Source of the DNA: Eledone cirrhosa
Lineage: Eukaryota
Assembly (NCBI GenBank): GCA_964016885.1
Contig: OZ024743.1
Location: 53,258,001 to 53,322,000, forward strand
DNA: 64,000 nucleotides
Direction of reading: 5' to 3'
Shown here: piece by piece, positions 57,213 to 64,000 of the stretch
How the letters are laid out: each line of letters begins with the position of its first letter
How positions within the stretch are numbered: position 1 is the first letter of the stretch
The notes under the pieces: generated by a model
Database searches by the model: none
What the model was told of the DNA's origin: nothing
The model's input: only the letters and a program-made list of their open reading frames with translations
Program-made: the position numbers and the translations under genes

Positions 57213-60043
57213 TCATCAGTGTCATTTTTACACCTGGTTTTCCATGCTTGTATTTGGGTGGGATGGTTTCCTTTTCAGCGCTGCATCTGTTCACTTCATC
57301 ATCTCCTCTGTGAGTGTCAGTGATTTGAGATCAGCTCTCACCACCTTTGCCCAGGTCTTTCTTGGTCTACCTCTAATGTGGCTTCTTTCCTCTTGGATTT
57401 CCTGGCACTTCTTCACCCATCGATCATCATCCATGCACATCACATGCCCATACCAATGCAGTCTTCTCTCTTGGACACTACTTCTATTTCCTCTTAAACC
57501 CAGTTTCTCCCTCAGTTGATTCAATCTTTGCCACTCTCTCACATTTACACTACACATCTATTGAAGCATGGTTCCTTAATTTCTCTCCAGTTTACACATG
57601 TCCTCTGCAGTCACAACCCATGTTTCACCACCATGCAGCATTGCACTTTACACACAAGTGTATTTCAACCAGCCTTTTGTTCATAGGGAGACACCTTTTC
57701 TTGTCAACATTAGGAGTAGCTCTAAACTTCTCCTATCCTATCCTTATTCTAGCTATTATGCTCCTGGAGCACCCTTCTCCACTGCTAATTAGATCACCTA
57801 GGCTGCAGAAGCTATCAACCACTTCTATGGATCCCCCATGTGATTGGAAAAGGTTTATATCACGCTCTTCCCATTGATTACTCCTGTGCATCATTACATA
57901 CAAAGACTTCCTTTTCTATTAGTCAGCCTGCTATCCCACTACAATTCTTGTGTACATCGTACAGAGTTTATGCCTACTCTGTTTCTGCATATTGAGCTGG
58001 GTCATTTCGCTGATGGGATCAGGGTCCTATCTTCCCAGCACTTTAGTTTTTTCTTAGTTTACTCTCAGCTCTTTTGATTCTAAATTCTCTAGTTCTTTCA
58101 CGAATTCAGTTATAAGATCCAGATCATCCATATAAAGAAATTCTAATGGACAGCCAGTCTTAAACTTCTGTTATGATCTGGAGAACTATAATGAACAGAA
58201 GTGGGCTGAGAACTGAACCCTGATGAACTCCTAAATACCTTGAATTCCTCATTAAACTCACTTCCTACTCTCACTTTACTGATAGCTCCTTGGTACATGA
58301 CTTGTACTGCTCTCACAAGCCATTCTTCTACACCTAATTTCCTTAAGGAGCACAAGGTGACAGATCAAGGTAATGTGTCAAAGGCCTTTTCTAGATCAAC
58401 AAAAGCTAGATCAATATCATCATCATTATCGTCATCATTTTTTAATGTCTATTTTCCACACTATTATGGGTTAGATAGGCTGTCCCATTGGTTTCTATGG
58501 CTGGATGCCCTTCCTAACGACACCCACATTACAGTGTTGACTATGGACTGGGGAGGGGGTGTAAAGGTATGGGAGAAAGGTGGGGTAATTAGGGTGTAAG
58601 TTGTGTGTTAGTGTGTGGGAGGTGTATAGAAAGGGAGGGATGATAAGGGTTAAGTGGTGCATACTAGATGTATGCTTCAATCTGTGCACCTGGGAGGGTG
58701 GGTCTTCTGTATTACTGCATAATCCCAAAAAAATCTCGATGTTGTGCCATCATCTTTGAGAGGTGCAATTGTGCAAGGTCAGCTCATCCCAAGTCTTCCT
58801 AGGTTTTCCTATTCCACAGATTCCATCAACTTTGATCACCCTGCACCTTTTCATAAATCTGTCATCCTTTATATGCATCACATGGCCATACCAATGCATT
58901 CTACTCTCTTGTACACTGCATCTGATCCCTCTTATGGCCAGTTGCTCTTTCAGTTCATTTATGCTTTGCTGTTCATGTATATTATTACTATTACACATCC
59001 ACTGGAGCATGCAGGCTTCATTTCTTTCCAATCTTCACAGGTCCTCTCCACAGAGTGGCCAGGTTTCACTACCAGGCAATGTTGCTGTTCACATACATGC
59101 ATCATACAATCTGCTCTTCATTTTGAGAGAAAATTCTTTTTTAGCTAACAGGTCCCTGAACTTTTCCATCTCATTCTTACTCTGGCTACTGTAGTTTCAG
59201 AACACCCACCTCTACTGCTAATTTGGTCACCCAAGTAACAGAAACTGTTGATCATTTCTACAGAGCCCTCTGAGCATTTGAAGGAGCTAGTATCCTGTGG
59301 ACACATGTTACTTACTGCACCTGTGCATTGGCTGCATATAAAACCTACATAATATGATAGCTTGCCTGTGATCCCACTACATCTCTTTATACCCAAAGCT
59401 TGCATTTGGAGCATAGGATGGAATTTCTACCTACTCCTTTCCTGCACACTGAGCAAAGCCTTTTCCCTGAGGGAATCTGTGCCCTGTTTTCCTCTTTTCT
59501 TGTAGTTGTCTCACTTAGAAGAGGACACCTGTAGTACTTTTCTCAGGCATAAAATTGAACTCTATCTTGCCTAATTTGACTATTTCTTTAATTAGCTATG
59601 TTAGAACACTTTCTGTCACTTTCATAACTTGTAGTTGCTCCTTTATAGAGCATCATCTTTGTCCTTGTAGCAATTTATGATTGTACTGCTGTGCCTATCA
59701 TTGGATATGACTCCTTTCTGTATTACCTGATTGACTATGTGGGATATAAATTCAACTCCTACTTCTCCAGGTGGTTTTAGCATCTCAGCAATTATCTCTT
59801 ATAGTCCCATAGCTTTACCATTATTTATTTCCATGATTGCTTCTTTGACCCTATAACTGTCAACTTCAATAGCTGGTCCTTCTGTTGAGTAAGCTGGGGT
59901 TAGTCTTTCCTCCTCCCATTTATTTTTCACATTTATCAGCCTCTCAAAGTAACACTTCCAGGCCTCTTTCTTTTGAGCATCAGTGGTTCTAAGAGCACTA
60001 GCGTAATTTCTAACACCATTCCCAACAACATTCCGATATATAT

Positions 60044-60075
<32 letters not shown>

Positions 60076-60690
60076 TTTACATCCACTTTTCCCTGCTTGC
60101 AAGGGTGGGATGGGTCCTATTCAGCACAGCATCTCTCCACTTGTCATGGTCCTACATCATCTCCTCCATGAGCTTCAGCAATTTGAAGTCTGCTCTCACC
60201 ACCTCCGCCCATGTTTTTCGTGGTCTTCCTTCTACTGGCATTACTTGGCACTTCTTTACCCAGCGGTCATCCTCCATGCGCATCACATGTCCATACCATC
60301 ACAATCTTCTCTCCCCCACACTACAACTTATCCCTCTTAAACACAGTTTCTCTCTCAACACATCCATACTTGGTCATTCACGTACATTGACATTGCACAT
60401 CCAACATAGCATACTTCATTCATTTCTCTCCAACCATCGCATATCCTCTGCAGTTGTTGCCCATGTCTCACTACCATGCAGCATCACGCACGTCACACAT
60501 GCATCATATAACCGGCCTTTCGTACGCAGGGAGAAACCCTTCTTTATCAACAGAGGAAGCAGCTCCCTAAACTTCTTCCAACCCGTCCTTATTTTAGATA
60601 CTATCACCTCGGAACACCCCTCCCATGCTAATCTGATCACCTAGGTACCGGAAGCTATCAACCACTTCTATTGAACCTACCTGCATTTGA
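57213..60690 (-). mobile_element. Cluster of several nested RTE fragments
   Basis: Multiple RT and C-terminal ORF pieces (57291-57557, 58143-58355, 58750-59031, 59145-59414, 60416-60640) separated by (CAT)n tails. Confidence 0.85.
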
Positions 60691-60817
60691 AAAAATATAT
60701 GTATACACATGGCACTTATACCAGACAAAATCTTCTACTAGTACCACTACTAATTTTTACCTGCACTCACAAATAAGGATTCAGTGATTGCAATTTCTGT
60801 AACTATTTATTCCACAG

Positions 60818-60873
60818 GTGTTAAATGTATCTGGCAATCAACTGACAGACATAAAAGCAGTGGGCAGACTTTT
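60818..60873 (+). CDS. LRR gene exon (VLNVSGNQLTDIKAVGRL); gene continues beyond the window
   Basis: ttccacag / gtaagt, continues the LRR register NLQ|VLNVSGN. Confidence 0.9.
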
Positions 60874-61151
60874 GTAAGTATCATGACTGACTATTTTATC
60901 ATGGAATCAGTGCTACCACCTTACAGGGTGGACTAAATGTCTTTTATTATGGCATCAGTACTATCATGTTTCAGATGGAACTGGGTGTGTCTCATCATGA
61001 TACCAACATGACTACTTTACTGAGTGGGCTGGGAGTATTTTATGGTGGCACCAGCATCCCCCAATTGCAAGACTAAGGGACACAATGTATCTGATATATA
61101 TATATATATATACATATATATAAATAAATAAATAAATAAATATATATATAT

Positions 61152-62122
61152 ATCATCATCATCATCATCATCAGCGTTTAACGTCCGTGTTCCACGCTTG
61201 CATGGGTTTGGACGGGGGTAGTCCCACTTGAGGCAAGAGTGATTGTCTTGCTCGCATAGGACTGTCTGGCAGGTTTTCTACAGTTGGATGCCCTTCCTAA
61301 CACCAACCACATTTACAGTGTGGGTCTGGGAGGTTTTTACCGTGTTGCCTACACGGCCACATTACAGCGTGGACTGTGTGTTTTTTTGTCGTGACACCTA
61401 CACGATCTCATTTGTTTCGGCCTCGATGGCGCGGCACCAACATAACTTTACATAGAACGGGGTGGTGTGGATCGGGTGGGGGTGGTGGGACGGGGTGTAT
61501 TTGTTAGAGATGCCTACTGGCTGGAGTAGGTTTTACTATATATTTAGGTAAGGCGGGTCTTCTCTGTTACTGAGTACCGCCAAAGGTCTCGGTCCAGTGA
61601 CATTGTCTTGGAGAGGTGTAAGTGTGTGATGTCGGAGTTTATCAGCTCGTCCCAGGTTTTTCTAGGTCTGCCTATTCCGTGACTACCGTCTATCTTTATT
61701 GCCCTGCACTTTGTTATACAGCTATCGACTTTCATGCGCATCACGTGTCCATACCAACGTAGCCTTCTCTCGAGTAAACAACATCTGATCCCTCTTATCT
61801 CTAATTTATTCCTTAGTTCGTTTATGCTTTGCCGTTCACGTATATTACTGTTACACATCCAGCGGAGCATGCAAGCTTCGTTCCTCTCTAGTCTGCGTAT
61901 ATCCTCTGCACACAATGCCCAGGTCTCACTGCCATGCAGCATTGCTGTTCGTATGCAGGCATCGTACAACCTGCCTTTCATTTTTAGTGAGAACCCTTTA
62001 GCAGCTAATAGTGGTATAAGCTCTCTGAACTTTTTCCAACCAGTTCTGACTCTAGCTACAGTACTTTCAGAGCACCCTCCCCCACTGCTGATTTTATCGC
62101 CCAGGTAACGGAAGCTGTCCAC

Positions 62123-62130
<8 letters not shown>
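61152..62130 (-). mobile_element. RTE 3' fragment, open 192 aa C-terminus
   Basis: ORF 61544-62122, 3' UTR, (GAT)n tail, (TA)n on both sides. Confidence 0.92.
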
Positions 62131-62207
<77 letters not shown>

Positions 62208-63536
62208 GAATAAAATTATTTCAGTCATATTACTCCTTAAATAGCTCAAATACTATAAAGGCTAAAAACTATAATTTGTTGAGCTTCATTTTTCAAAGAT
62301 TTGCAGTATATTAAAAGTAAGCATTGAAAGCAAAATATACATTTCAAAATAAAAATATAATTTCACCTACAAATTCATGCTTATACTGCAGTTTCATTTA
62401 GACAAAAAAATAGATATTAATTAAAATAATTAATAAATTAAGATGCCATAAACTCAACAGTAAGCAATGTCTTAAAACATACCTTGAGACTTTAACAAGA
62501 AAATTCAAGTGAAATACCTTGTGTTGTTACAGTATCTAAACAGCAAAAACAATATACTAATATTAAAAAAAAAAATTCCATGTGCTTTTAGCTTTAAACA
62601 ATAGGTCTGATGTCAAAAGCCTGAGGTTAAAAGGGAAGCTAGAAATAAATAATAAACCTCTAAATATAAAAAAAATCTACATGTAGTTGTATATATAAAG
62701 AAACAAAATAATTTGGATCAATACACAAAAATATCGATTTTATTGTCTGGAAATTTGTATTTCTGCTCCGAACATTTGTGATTTTAGTCAAGCTGACTTA
62801 TAAATCTAATGAGGAGCTATTTTTAGCATTCCTGTTGGCTCGCCTGTATCCTTTTGCTTAAGTGGCATTATGCATGTGCTTTCACAGTTTGTGATTTGAT
62901 TCCATGGTTGAGGGCAGAGCTATTTATATATAGTAAGAGGTTGCCTGCTGATGATGAGGAAAACATCTTAATGATGCCTGTTATCTAATAATGGTAATCA
63001 CCATTATTTCTTGTCAGCTCAAAACAGTTGTATAAGCCTTAGGAATTGGTATTTCCCATCTGCATGTAAGTTCATAGCTTTTCTGCTTTTTTTGTGTCTT
63101 TATATCTATATATCTATGCATGGTCTTTGATACATTTTGTCTAAGGAATATTAACTGATGTATTATATATATATAAACACATGCTCATATATAGGGTAGG
63201 ATGCTGAACAATCAAGTTTAAACTTTTTTGTTTTTGTTTTAGCAATGAAAACTGCTTAAACTTGACTGTTGGGCATCTTATCCTATATTAATACCTACAT
63301 ACTGCTTTCATTAAGTATGGAGTATAAAGTTATATAATGGTCTTACTAGTTTTATCTAGTAGCATGTAGCAATGAAGCTGAAACTTCAAAGTCATTGTTT
63401 TCTACTTAGAAAATAGAGATCAACACTCTACCGACCAGTATTGAGTTATTTCAATTAATGATTGAATGTTTTAAATACTACAGTATTTAAACATATATTC
63501 TAATATACATAAATATAAATATATATATATATATCG

Positions 63537-63992
63537 ATGGAAGACGCGGAGTGGAGAGATCCATAAAGACCTGGGATGAGGTGATAAAATCCGACCTTAC
63601 CCAATTGCACCTCTCAAAGGCGACTGTGACCTCTGGCATCATGCAGTAATACAGAAGACCTCCCACGGGTACAAGCTGAAGCTGAAGCATATAGACAATA
63701 TGTCCCCACACCCTCCCACTGTAAAGTGGACGTTGAGGTGCCATGTAAAAAAAGCACCCAGCCCACACTGTAAAGTGGACGTGGAGGTGCCACGGCAAAA
63801 AAGTACCCAGCCCACACTGTAATTGAGGTTGGTGTTAGGAAGGGCATCCAGCTGTAGAAATCAAGCCAGAATCAGTTCCCATATGAGCAAGACATGGTCA
63901 GCTAACCGGGCACTGCCCACAACAGAACAACCCGTCTAACCCATGCTAGCATGGAATAATGGACGTAAAACGGTGATGATGATGATGATGAT
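63537..63992 (+). mobile_element. RTE 3' end fragment
   Basis: DGRRGVERSIKTWDEVI coding end, 3' UTR, (GAT)n. Confidence 0.8.
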
Positions 63993-64000
63993 ATATATAT

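Overview
Eukaryotic, repeat-saturated animal DNA. The SINE/RTE/microsatellite make-up suggests an octopod cephalopod (inference only). One host gene is supportable: a + strand, multi-exon SDS22/PPP1R7-type leucine-rich-repeat gene. Eight small exons (16354-60873) splice in phase into one open frame, and the gene runs past the window end. The rest is microsatellite and minisatellite DNA plus transposons: RTE LINEs (one near full length, carrying a PHD finger), R4/Dong-type LINEs in (TAA)n, CRE-type remnants, Helitrons, piggyBac-like MITEs and tRNA-derived SINEs. Most long ORFs in the track are translations of simple repeats. The most notable unexplained signal is a set of Penelope-like or retrozyme-like fold-back elements inserted in (TA)n. 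They carry type I hammerhead ribozymes: four copies of one family, a U3-A8 core variant and further remnants. All calls were made by eye; repeat boundaries are approximate.
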